Source: Trueperaceae bacterium
GTDB lineage: Bacteria; Deinococcota; Deinococci; Deinococcales; Trueperaceae
NCBI GenBank assembly: GCA_034520945.1
Contig: JAXHNB010000005.1
Location: forward strand, 672,001-736,000
DNA: 64,000 bases
Direction: 5' to 3'
Position numbers and translations under genes: made by a program. Shown here in pieces: positions 1 to 9,268 of this stretch (position 1 is its first letter; every line of letters begins with the position of its first letter). A model generated the notes under the pieces. That model was not told the DNA's origin and did no database searches. It saw nothing but the letters and a program-made list of their open reading frames with translations.

Positions 1-1
1 G

Positions 2-340
2 GCGTTCGACCGGTTGCTCGAGACGGGCGGCATGCCGTCGTCGCACTCGGCGGCGGTGACGGCCCTGGCGCTCAGCATCGGTGCGCAGGAGGGGTGGGGC
101 TCGCCGCTGTTCGCGGTGGCGGCCGTCACCGGCGGGGTCGTCATGTACGACGCCACCGGCATCCGGCGCGCCGCCGGCATGCAGGCGCAGATGATCAACG
201 ACCTCGTCGAGGAGCTCGGGCACCTGTTCGACGACGGCTTCCAACCCCAGGCGTTGAAGACGTTGTTGGGGCACACCTACCCGCAGGTGCTGGTGGGCGG
301 CCTCGTCGGGGTGGTCACCGCGGTGCTGCTGACCGGTTGA
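2..340 (+). CDS. Divergent PAP2 family (DUF212) membrane protein, 5' end outside the window
   Basis: GGMPSSHSA, VMYDATGIRRAAG and LGHT motifs are typical of DUF212; the frame is open from base 2. Confidence 0.85.
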   Translation, partial: AFDRLLETGGMPSSHSAAVTALALSIGAQEGWGSPLFAVAAVTGGVVMYDATGIRRAAGMQAQMINDLVEELGHLFDDGFQPQALKTLLGHTYPQVLVGGLVGVVTAVLLTG

Positions 341-997
341 CGGGCGCGCGGCGGGCCGCTGGGTTCCCTCGCGCGTGAGGGGCGGGGGTGGACGTCCGGC
401 CCGGGCCACCACGGCGATGCGGACCTCCCGCGCCCCGGCGCGCAGCAGCGCGGCGCGGCAGGCTATCGCGGTCGCGCCGGTCGTCCACACGTCGTCCACG
501 AGGAGCACCGGCACGGGCGGCAGCCGCAGGCAGGTGAACGCCCCCGCGACGTTGGCCGTCCGCGCGCCGCCGCGCGCCCGGGCCTGCCGCGCGGTCGAGC
601 GTACACGGCGCAGCGGGTGGGCGTGGGGCACCCCGAGCGCCGCCGCCACGCCGGCGGCGATCCGTGCCGCCTGGTCGTACCCCCGCCGGCGCCGCCGGCG
701 GGGGTGCAGCGGGACCGGAACCACGCGCGCGACCGGCCAATCGCGCACGCGGGCGCCGAGGCGGCGCCCCAGCGCATGCGCCAACGCCAGGCGCCCCCCG
801 AACTTCACGGCGCGAACCGCGCGAAGCACCGCGCCGTCGTACGGGCCGAGCCAGGCGAGGGGAACGCCGCCCAGCCGGTCGCGCCCCGCCCCCGCGACCA
901 GGCGCCGCAGGCAGGGCCGGCACGCCCCTTCGGGCCCGGCGGCGCGGCGCCCACACAGGGGGCACGGCGTCAAGGAGGCCAGCAGTCGCGCGAACAT
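2..997 (-). CDS. comF: ComF family amidophosphoribosyltransferase-like competence protein (conserved part about 398-997; no stop codon in the window)
   Basis: Not in the ORF track. Manual translation from ATG 997: MFARLLASLTPCPLC...ACRPC (Zn motif), VVPVPLHPRRRRRRGYDQA, NVAGAF, LLVDDVWTTGAT (PRPP-binding). TAGCGT -10 box 5 nt upstream. Confidence 0.85.
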   Translation of the reverse strand, partial: MFARLLASLTPCPLCGRRAAGPEGACRPCLRRLVAGAGRDRLGGVPLAWLGPYDGAVLRAVRAVKFGGRLALAHALGRRLGARVRDWPVARVVPVPLHPRRRRRRGYDQAARIAAGVAAALGVPHAHPLRRVRSTARQARARGGARTANVAGAFTCLRLPPVPVLLVDDVWTTGATAIACRAALLRAGAREVRIAVVARAGRPPPPLTREGTQRPAARPSTGQQHRGDHPDEAAHQHLRVGVPQQRLQRLGLEAVVEQVPELLDEVVDHLRLHAGGAPDAGGVVHDDPAGDGRHREQRRAPPLLRTDAERQGRHRRRVRRRHAARLEQPVER

Positions 998-1064
998 GCC
1001 GCACGCTACGCGTCCGCCGCCGTCCACGTCCGGCGTGGTGGGCGCCGTGCCGCGTGGAGACGCG

Positions 1065-2075
1065 TCAGGCGTGGCGTTCGGCCAGGCCGGTGAGCAGGTT
1101 CAGCAGGTCGAAGGCGGCGGTCGGGTCGGCGGCGGCCGAGAAGGCGTCGCGGAGCCCCGAGAGTCCCTGCGCGGCGTCGCGCTCCGCCACGCCCTGGGCG
1201 TACGCGATCGCGTCGGCGCGGGCCAGGAGGTCCAGCGCTTCGCGCATCTCCTCGGGGCGCTTCTGGGCTCGGGGCCGCCCGAGCAGGTCGCGCAGCCGCG
1301 CCCGGTCGCTGGCGTCCAGCACCTCGAAGGCGCGCGCCAGCACCAGGGTGCGCTTCCCCTCGTACAGGTCGCCGGCGAACTCCTTGCCGTACGCGCCAGA
1401 CTCGTCGGGCAGGAGGTTCAGCACGTCATCGCGGATTTGGAAGGCGCGGCCCAGCGCCAGCCCGGCTGGGTCCAGGCGGGGATCGGGGTCCACCCCGGCC
1501 ACCAGCGCCCCCAGCCGCAGCGGCGCGACGACGGTGTACCGGGCGGTCTTGCGCTCGATCATGCGCAGGTACGCCGCCTCGGTGACGTCGAAGCGGCCCT
1601 CGGCGACGAACGACAGGTCGAGGTGCTGCCCCTCGGCGGTCCGCTCGATCACGTCCAGGAATTCGGCCAGCACGGCGTTGCGCCAGGGCGCGTCGGTGTG
1701 AATCAGGGTGCGCCACATCGCGACGTGCAGGGCGTCGCCGACGTTGACGGCCACCGGCATGCCGGCGATGCGGTGCAGCGCCGGTTCACCGCGGCGCGTC
1801 TCGGAGTCGTCCTCGACGTCGTCGTGGATCAGCACCCAGTTCTGGAATAGCTCCAGCGCGGCCGCCACGGGGAGCGCGTCTTCTGGATCGGCGCCGTGCG
1901 CGGCGGCGGCCAGCAGCACGACGCGTCCACGCAGTCCCTTGCCGCCCCGTGCGGGGTAGTCGCGCTGCAAGGCGCGGAAGCGGGCCAACTCCGGCACGTC
2001 GTGCCCTTCGGGGACGGCGGCCAGGATCCGCTCACGCAGTCGAGCCATCCATGCCGCGTCATCGCCCGCGGTCAT
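1065..2075 (-). CDS. Polyprenyl (geranylgeranyl) diphosphate synthase
   Basis: GGKGLRG, LIHDDVEDDSETRRG, GQHLD, KTARY and FQIRDDVLN motifs; start at ATG 2075 overlaps the upstream stop (ATGA). Confidence 0.9.
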   Translation of the reverse strand: MTAGDDAAWMARLRERILAAVPEGHDVPELARFRALQRDYPARGGKGLRGRVVLLAAAAHGADPEDALPVAAALELFQNWVLIHDDVEDDSETRRGEPALHRIAGMPVAVNVGDALHVAMWRTLIHTDAPWRNAVLAEFLDVIERTAEGQHLDLSFVAEGRFDVTEAAYLRMIERKTARYTVVAPLRLGALVAGVDPDPRLDPAGLALGRAFQIRDDVLNLLPDESGAYGKEFAGDLYEGKRTLVLARAFEVLDASDRARLRDLLGRPRAQKRPEEMREALDLLARADAIAYAQGVAERDAAQGLSGLRDAFSAAADPTAAFDLLNLLTGLAERHA

Positions 2076-2263
2076 CGGAACAGCACGCGCGTCAGGAACC
2101 AGGTGGCGAGGATCAGGCTCGCCAATACGATCAGGAAGTAGGGGAGGGACGCCCGGTAGGTGGCCAGGATCAAGCGCCACACGTCGCGATGCGACAGTTC
2201 GGGCCGCCCGTTCCGGGGCGGCCCGTCGGTGGAACGATGGCGGTCGGGGTCCGCGTTCGGCAC
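2072..2263 (-). CDS. Small hypothetical membrane protein (63 aa)
   Basis: C-terminal hydrophobic helix; starts 2 nt after the oppF stop, and its stop overlaps the next ATG. Confidence 0.65.
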   Translation of the reverse strand: MPNADPDRHRSTDGPPRNGRPELSHRDVWRLILATYRASLPYFLIVLASLILATWFLTRVLFR

Positions 2264-2265
2264 GC

Positions 2266-3278
<1,013 letters not shown>

Positions 3279-3282
<4 letters not shown>

Positions 3283-4295
3283 GTGGTCACCCCTGGTTCA
3301 CGAAGATCGATCTCGTCCCAGCGAATGCACCGCACCATGTGCCCGTCGCCTGCGTCCTCGAGCTCGGGGGTGGTTTGCTTGCACTTCTCCTGGGCGTACT
3401 TGCAGCGGGGGTGGAAACTGCATCCCGGCGGGAGGCTGAGCGGGTTGGGGACGTTGCCGGGGATGGACTCCAGGCGATCTTGGAGGTCGGCGGCCTTGTC
3501 CACGCGCGGAATCGAGTTGAGCAGGCCGGCCGTGTACGGCATGCGCGGGTGGGCGTAGATCGATTCGACGTTCGCCTCCTCGACGGCGCGGCCGGCGTAC
3601 ATCACCACCACCCGGTCGGCCATTTCGGCGATGACGCCCAGGTCGTGGGTGATGAACAGGATCGACATGCCGATCTCCTTCTGGAGATTGCGCATCAGGT
3701 CGAGGATCTGCGCCTGAATCGTCACGTCGAGGGCCGTGGTCGGCTCGTCCGCGATCAGCAGTTTGGGGCCACACGACAACGCCATCGCGATCATCACGCG
3801 TTGCCGCATCCCGCCGGACAACTGGTGGGGGTAGTTCCGAACCCGCTTGGCCGGCTCGGGGATCCCGACGAGTTCCAGCATGTCGGTCGCGCTCTTCATC
3901 GCTTGGCGCTTGGTCTTGCCCTGGTGCAGCACGATCGCCTCGGCGATCTGGTCGCCGACGGTGTACACCGGGTTCAGGCTGGTCATCGGTTCCTGGAAGA
4001 TCATGCTGATCTCGTTGCCGCGGATCTTGCGCATCTGCCGTTCGCTCTTCTTCAGCAGATCCTCGCCTTCGAACATGATCTCCCCTTCGGCGAAGCGTCC
4101 AGGGGGTTGCGGAATCAGGCGCATGGTGGAAAGGCTGGTGACGGACTTGCCGGACCCGGACTCGCCGACGACGCCGAGCGTCTCACCGCGGTCCAGGTGG
4201 AAGCTGACGCCGTCCACGGCCTTCACGGTGCCTTCGTCGGTGTCGAAGTAGGTCTTCAGTCCTCGGACGTCGAGCAGCCTGTCAGAGCTGGGCAT
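3279..4295 (-). CDS. oppD: Oligo/dipeptide ABC transporter ATP-binding subunit (OppD/DppD)
   Basis: [30 protein letters not shown] 4295 preceded by an AGGAG SD. Confidence 0.92.
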
Positions 4296-4539
4296 GGGTG
4301 CGAACTCCTCACGAGAGCGGATTCTACCCCGCGAATGCGGGCGTCCCTCCGGGCGAAGCGAACGGATAGAGGGTCCATTCGCAACCAAATCGGCGGGGCG
4401 AGATTCCACGTCGTGAAAGAGTCGCGCGATGCGCGGAGAAGATCATAGAAACGTCCGGGCTGAATCCGAACGCCGAGAGTGTACCCCAGATCCGCCGCCG
4501 ATGCGACCCGCCGACCCGGGGCGCGCTCCGGCACGCGCC

Positions 4540-5751
4540 TCAGCGCCGCTTGCGCGGATCGAGAGCGTCGCGAAGACCGTCCCCGACGAGGTTCCAACAC
4601 AGCACCGCCAGGAAGATCGGAACGCCGGGGATCAGCAACCACGGCACGAACTGGATCGAGATGCCCCGGTCGGTGGCGTCGCGCAGCAGCAACCCCCAAC
4701 TGGCGGTATCCACCGCGCTGGGTCCGAGGCCCAAAAACGACAGGCCGGTCTCGGTCAATATGAAGCCGGGAATGGCCAGGGTCAGGTCGACGATGACGTA
4801 GCTGGCGGTGGCGGGCAGCAGGTGACGCCACAAGATGCGTCCCTCGCCGGCGCCCAGGGCTTTCGCGGCCTGCGCGTACTCCATCTCGCGGATGGAGAGG
4901 ACCAGGCTGCGGACCGTGCGGCCCAGCCCGCCCCAGCCGACGAAGCCCAGCACCATCACCACCATCAGGAACGTCTGCGCCGAGTTCATCTCCAGCCCGA
5001 AGGCGCGGGCCAACGGGTTGCGGGGATCCTGCAGCAGGCTGGCCAGCACGATCAGCAGGAACAGGCCGGGGATGGCCGAGAGCACCTCGATCAGGCGCAT
5101 CACGAACTCGTCGACCCAACCGCCGTAATAGCCGGCCAGCCCGCCGAGCAGCAGCCCCAGGAACAGCGACACCCACACCGCCAGCACGCCGATGGTCAGG
5201 CTGATCTGCCCCCCATACAGCACGCGGGAGAACACGTCCTTGCCCAGGCTGTTGGTGCCCCACAGGAAGATGCGTGCCGGGTCGTCGACGCCGAACAGGT
5301 GCAGGTCGCTCTCGAACAGCCCCAGCACGCTGTAGGTGGCCTCCGGACGCCGCACCAAGAGCTTGATCGGGAAGCGCTCGGAGGTGTCCTCCTCGTACAC
5401 CCGCTGAAACGTCACCGGGTCGCGGGAGGATTCCACGTCGTACACGTACGGGCGGGTGAGGCTGCCGGTCTCGGGGTCGGTCCAGTGGATCTGCGTGGGC
5501 GGCCGGAAGGCGCCGGAGGGGCGGGTGCGGTACTCGTTGATGCCGTACGGCGCCAGGAAACCCGCGAAGGCGCTGACCAGGTACATCACCACCAGGATGC
5601 CGCCGCCGATCAGGGCGGCGTTGTGGCGCTTGAACTGCTCCCACGCGATGCGGCGTTGGCTCTTCGATGCGCGGCCCTGCACGGGATCGGCCGCGGCGAC
5701 GTAGTCAGCGGGCGCGGCCTCGTCGGGACCCTGGGGACGGAACTCGCTCAT
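4540..5751 (-). CDS. oppC: Oligo/dipeptide ABC transporter permease (OppC/DppC)
   Basis: WGTNSLGKDVFSR, EYAQAAKALGA loop, LSFLGLG, GDGLRDALDP. Confidence 0.9.
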   Translation of the reverse strand: MSEFRPQGPDEAAPADYVAAADPVQGRASKSQRRIAWEQFKRHNAALIGGGILVVMYLVSAFAGFLAPYGINEYRTRPSGAFRPPTQIHWTDPETGSLTRPYVYDVESSRDPVTFQRVYEEDTSERFPIKLLVRRPEATYSVLGLFESDLHLFGVDDPARIFLWGTNSLGKDVFSRVLYGGQISLTIGVLAVWVSLFLGLLLGGLAGYYGGWVDEFVMRLIEVLSAIPGLFLLIVLASLLQDPRNPLARAFGLEMNSAQTFLMVVMVLGFVGWGGLGRTVRSLVLSIREMEYAQAAKALGAGEGRILWRHLLPATASYVIVDLTLAIPGFILTETGLSFLGLGPSAVDTASWGLLLRDATDRGISIQFVPWLLIPGVPIFLAVLCWNLVGDGLRDALDPRKRR

Positions 5752-5761
5752 GGCAGGCGCC

Positions 5762-6763
5762 TCAGTTGTAGCGGATCCGCGGATCCACCACGGCCAGCAA
5801 CAGGTCGGAGATCAGATTGCCGATCATGAGCAGCACGGTGGTGACCACCACCAGCCCCAACACCACGTAGATGTCCTGCCGGTTGATGGCGTCCAGCAAG
5901 GTGGGGGTGATGCCCGGCCAGGACACCACGATTTCGACCAGGCCGGCCCCGCCGATCAGGATCGGCAGGATCGCGCCGATGCCGGCGATGAACGGGATCA
6001 CGGCGGGGCGCAGGGCGTGCTTGTAGGTGACCGTGCGTTGACCCAGGCCCTTGGCCCAGGCGGTACGGATGAAGTCGCTGGACAGGTACTCGATCATCTG
6101 GGCGCGCAGGACCCGCGTGAAGCCGGCGATGCCGGCGGTGGCGATCACGAAGGCCGGCATGAGGGCGTGCCTGAACACGTCCCACCATTGCCGGTACCAG
6201 GGCCAGTCGCTGAAGCCGCTGCTGGTCATCTGGGCGACGGGCAGCAGCAGCTGGTTGAACCCGATCGTCTCGCGGGTCCAGCCGCGCAGGACGAACAACA
6301 TCAAAATCAGTACCTGCGCGAAGAAGAAGTTCGGGATCGCCAGTCCGAAGTAGCTCACCGCCGACACGATCTGGTCGCCGGCCGAGTACTGCCGCACTGC
6401 GGAGTACACACCGAGCGGGATGGCCGCGCCGTACAGCATGATCAGCGACATGATCACCAGCACCATCGAGTTCAGGATCGGCTGCGTGATCAGGTTGCGC
6501 ACCGGTTGGTTGCTGCTGAACGACATGCCGAGGTCGCCCTGCACCAGGCTGCCCATCCAGCGGACGTACTGCACCGGCCAGGGCAGGTCGAGCCCGAACT
6601 GCGTGCGCATGCGCTCGATCGTTTCCGGTCGCACGTTGGGTTCCAGCGCACGCTGCGTCAGGAAGTCGCCGGGGACCAACTGCGACACCACGAACGCCAG
6701 CAGCGTCGCGCCGATGAAGGTCGGGATCAGGTTGAAGAGACGGCGAACGATGAACGCGAACAA
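5762..6763 (-). CDS. oppB: Oligo/dipeptide ABC transporter permease (OppB/DppB)
   Basis: FIVRRL, GDLG, DFIRTAWAKGL, DPRIRY; TTG start 6763 with GGGAGG upstream. Confidence 0.9.
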   Translation of the reverse strand: MFAFIVRRLFNLIPTFIGATLLAFVVSQLVPGDFLTQRALEPNVRPETIERMRTQFGLDLPWPVQYVRWMGSLVQGDLGMSFSSNQPVRNLITQPILNSMVLVIMSLIMLYGAAIPLGVYSAVRQYSAGDQIVSAVSYFGLAIPNFFFAQVLILMLFVLRGWTRETIGFNQLLLPVAQMTSSGFSDWPWYRQWWDVFRHALMPAFVIATAGIAGFTRVLRAQMIEYLSSDFIRTAWAKGLGQRTVTYKHALRPAVIPFIAGIGAILPILIGGAGLVEIVVSWPGITPTLLDAINRQDIYVVLGLVVVTTVLLMIGNLISDLLLAVVDPRIRYN

Positions 6764-6811
6764 TGCACGCGCCTCCCGCGTGGATACGCGTCCCGCTGAG
6801 GGACGCCACAA

Positions 6812-6845
6812 GATAAAAGACCGGGGCGGACCGCGTCCGCCCCGG
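6812..6845 (-). terminator. Intrinsic terminator-like hairpin between oppA and oppB
   Basis: ccggggcgga-ccgcg-tccgccccgg 10-bp stem followed on the minus strand by TCTTTTATC. Confidence 0.7.
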
Positions 6846-6853
6846 AACTGGGC

Positions 6854-8599
6854 TTACTGGACCTTGAAGGTCAGGGGAAGCTCGCGGGAGCCCACCGCGT
6901 CGTCGATGAGGTCGTGCGGATGTTCGCCGCCCACCTCGGACAGCCAGCTGTAGTGCGACAGCGGGCTGACGGTGTACACCTGCGCCTGCAGCTCGGCCAG
7001 GGTCTCCTGGATCTGGAAGCCGATCTGCCGCGCTTCCTCCGTGTCGAGGGTGCGGCGGCCCTCGAAGTACAGCTCTTCGGCCAGCGTCTCGCGGCTGCTC
7101 AGGCAGTCGCCCGATTGGTTCCAGGCGTGCAGGTTGGTACCGCAGGGGATCACGTTCACGCCGAACGGCCACACCCGGTTGCCGCCCTGCAGCCCGATCA
7201 GGATCGCCTCGAACGGCCGGTCGTCGCCGGTGGACAGCAGCTGGTCGACCAGCAGGTTGAAGTCCACCGCCTGCACGTCGACCTCGACCCCGATCTCGCG
7301 GGCGGTGTCCGCGAAGATCTGCGCGATCTGCTCGCGCTCGGCGTTGCCGGCGTTGGTGGCCAACGTGAACGAAAGTTCGTTTCCGTCGGCGTCCACCAGC
7401 ACGCCGTCGTCGTTGGTGCGGGTGAAGCCGATCTGGTCCAGGAGCTCCGTCGCGCGCTCGGGGTCGTAGCGGTACTTGGGCACGTCCGGATTCACCCAGA
7501 AGTCGTACACCTGGTACACGTTGGACCACATCGGCGAGGCCGAACCGCCGTACACCAGGTCGGTCAGCGCTTCACGGTCCACCAGGTGGCTCATCGCACG
7601 GCGAAAGTTCACGTTCTGGAACAGCGACTCCTTGAACGGGTCGCTGGCGATGTTCCAGTTGAACACGATGAACTGGCTTGACGCCGTCGGCGCCACGTTC
7701 GGCAGCAGTTCGGCGTCGATGTCGCCGTTGTTGATCGCTTGGTTGACCACGCCGACCTGGTCCAGGTTCTGCGGGCTGTAGGCGTCGATCTCGCCGGCGA
7801 GGTACAGGTTGAGCGCGGCGTCGGTCGACTCTACGATCTGCACCACGTAGCGGTCCAGGTAGGGAAGCGCGTTGCCCTGCGCGTCGGTGTTCCACTCGCC
7901 GAAATGCTCGTTGCGCTCGAACCGGATGCGCTGGCCCGGCGTGAACTCCGTCGGCACGAACGGGGTCGCCCACACCGTCTCGGAGATGTCGGTCTCGGTG
8001 CCCCACGCTTCGCGCAGCGCCTCGGCGCCGCCCTCGCGATAGATCTCGCCCAGGATGTGGTCGGGGGCCGGTGCGATCGCCAGCACCGGCAACGCCGTGC
8101 GGTCGGGCGAGGGGAAGTCGAAGCGCAGCGTGTATTCATCGACCAGCGTGCCCTCGATCAGCTCGTCCTGAATGAACCAGCTGTCGTAGCCGTTGGATCC
8201 CACGTCCTCGTCGGTCTCGGCCAGGTAGGTGAAGTAGAAGTCCTGCGCGGTGATGTCCTCGCCGTCGGACCACTTCATGCCTTCGCGCACGTGGATGGTG
8301 ACGGTGGTGCCATCGTCGCTGACTTCGAAGCTCTCGGCCATGTACGGGATGAACTCGTCCGAGTCGGGGCCCTGCGTGATCAACGTCGTAAGATTGGCTG
8401 CGTCCACGACGTCGTTCTCTTCCGCGCTCACGAACGGGTTGAAGGTGCGGGGGTCCGAGATGGCGTAATCACGGAACGTGCCGCCATGGGCGGCTTCGCC
8501 GGGCTCGGCCGACGTCCAGGCGTTCGGCCACACGAACGGGTCCGCCAGCGCGAACGAGGCGATCGCCAGGGCGGCGAGGGGGAGCAGGAATCTACGCAT
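6854..8599 (-). CDS. oppA: Peptide ABC transporter substrate-binding protein (family 5)
   Basis: Sec signal peptide, DPRTFNP, KWSDGEDITAQD, LPYLD, FRRAMS; GGAGGT SD. Confidence 0.9.
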   Translation of the reverse strand: MRRFLLPLAALAIASFALADPFVWPNAWTSAEPGEAAHGGTFRDYAISDPRTFNPFVSAEENDVVDAANLTTLITQGPDSDEFIPYMAESFEVSDDGTTVTIHVREGMKWSDGEDITAQDFYFTYLAETDEDVGSNGYDSWFIQDELIEGTLVDEYTLRFDFPSPDRTALPVLAIAPAPDHILGEIYREGGAEALREAWGTETDISETVWATPFVPTEFTPGQRIRFERNEHFGEWNTDAQGNALPYLDRYVVQIVESTDAALNLYLAGEIDAYSPQNLDQVGVVNQAINNGDIDAELLPNVAPTASSQFIVFNWNIASDPFKESLFQNVNFRRAMSHLVDREALTDLVYGGSASPMWSNVYQVYDFWVNPDVPKYRYDPERATELLDQIGFTRTNDDGVLVDADGNELSFTLATNAGNAEREQIAQIFADTAREIGVEVDVQAVDFNLLVDQLLSTGDDRPFEAILIGLQGGNRVWPFGVNVIPCGTNLHAWNQSGDCLSSRETLAEELYFEGRRTLDTEEARQIGFQIQETLAELQAQVYTVSPLSHYSWLSEVGGEHPHDLIDDAVGSRELPLTFKVQ

Positions 8600-8683
8600 G
8601 GTACCTCCATTTGGAACGTGCCCGTCCGGGTTGGCCCGGGAGCCGGACGCTTAGGGTGTGGGCGGGACGGGTCGTGGGTGACA

Positions 8684-8712
8684 AGCCTACCGTGGCCTGG
8701 GCCGGGTCACAA
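8684..8712 (-). promoter_or_regulatory. Putative sigma70 promoter of the opp operon
   Basis: TTGTGA-17nt-TAGGCT on the minus strand. Confidence 0.5.
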
Positions 8713-8765
8713 GGGCGCCGGGCCGAGGTCGCACGGCGGTCGGCTGTCGATGCGGTCCCAACGTC

Positions 8766-8797
8766 GCCGGCCGGTCGCGTGCGGGCGACCGGCCGGC
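8766..8797. terminator. GC-rich hairpin downstream of secG
   Basis: gccggccggtcgc-N6-gcgaccggccggc 13-bp inverted repeat; no U-tract. Confidence 0.45.
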
Positions 8798-8822
8798 TCG
8801 AGGTGCTGCGCGTGGCGGGGCG

Positions 8823-9056
8823 TCAGCGCGAAATGAGCTGCAGCATCAGCGCCAGCAGGCCCCAGGCGACGGCGATGCCGATGGTGAGGCGCTGCAGGCC
8901 GCCGGCGGTGCCGCCGGAGGTCCCGAAGTCGCCGCCCCCGCCGGTGTCGCCGGTAAGCCCGCCGCCGAGCCCCGACTGCTTGGGTTCCTGCAGCAGCACC
9001 ACGGTGGTGAGCAACACGGATGCCAGGACGAACAGGATGAGCGCGATCCAGAACAA
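8823..9056 (-). CDS. secG: Preprotein translocase subunit SecG
   Basis: Two TM helices flanking VLLQEPKQSGLGGG and LQRLT; TTG start with GGAGGT SD. Confidence 0.9.
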   Translation of the reverse strand: MFWIALILFVLASVLLTTVVLLQEPKQSGLGGGLTGDTGGGGDFGTSGGTAGGLQRLTIGIAVAWGLLALMLQLISR

Positions 9057-9096
9057 GGTTTCCTACCTCCACGGCCTGCGGCCGAAACGTGCGGGG

Positions 9097-9180
9097 TGGT
9101 GCCGGGAGCGGGATTCGAACCCGCACGGGTTGCCCCGGTAGATTTTGAGTCTACTGCGTCTACCGTTCCGCCATCCCGGC
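9097..9180 (-). tRNA. tRNA-Leu(CAA)
   Basis: GCCGGGA acceptor stem, GTAGA-CTCAAAA-TCTAC anticodon arm, long variable arm, GTTCGAATC T-loop, encoded CCA. Confidence 0.97.
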
Positions 9181-9195
9181 ACAGATCGACGGCGC

Positions 9196-9224
9196 ATCCT
9201 AGCAACGGACCCACCGGCGGTCAA
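9196..9224 (-). promoter_or_regulatory. Sigma70 promoter for tRNA-Leu-secG
   Basis: TTGACC-17nt-TAGGAT with extended TG. Confidence 0.75.
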
Positions 9225-9268
9225 CATACCGCGTTGCGGGTGGATCGCGCGTCGGGGAGGTGTCTGAC

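Noticed and set aside
8823..9268. tRNA-Leu as a possible integration site
   Set aside because: No integrase, no duplicated tRNA 3' end noticed and no compositional shift; secG follows directly
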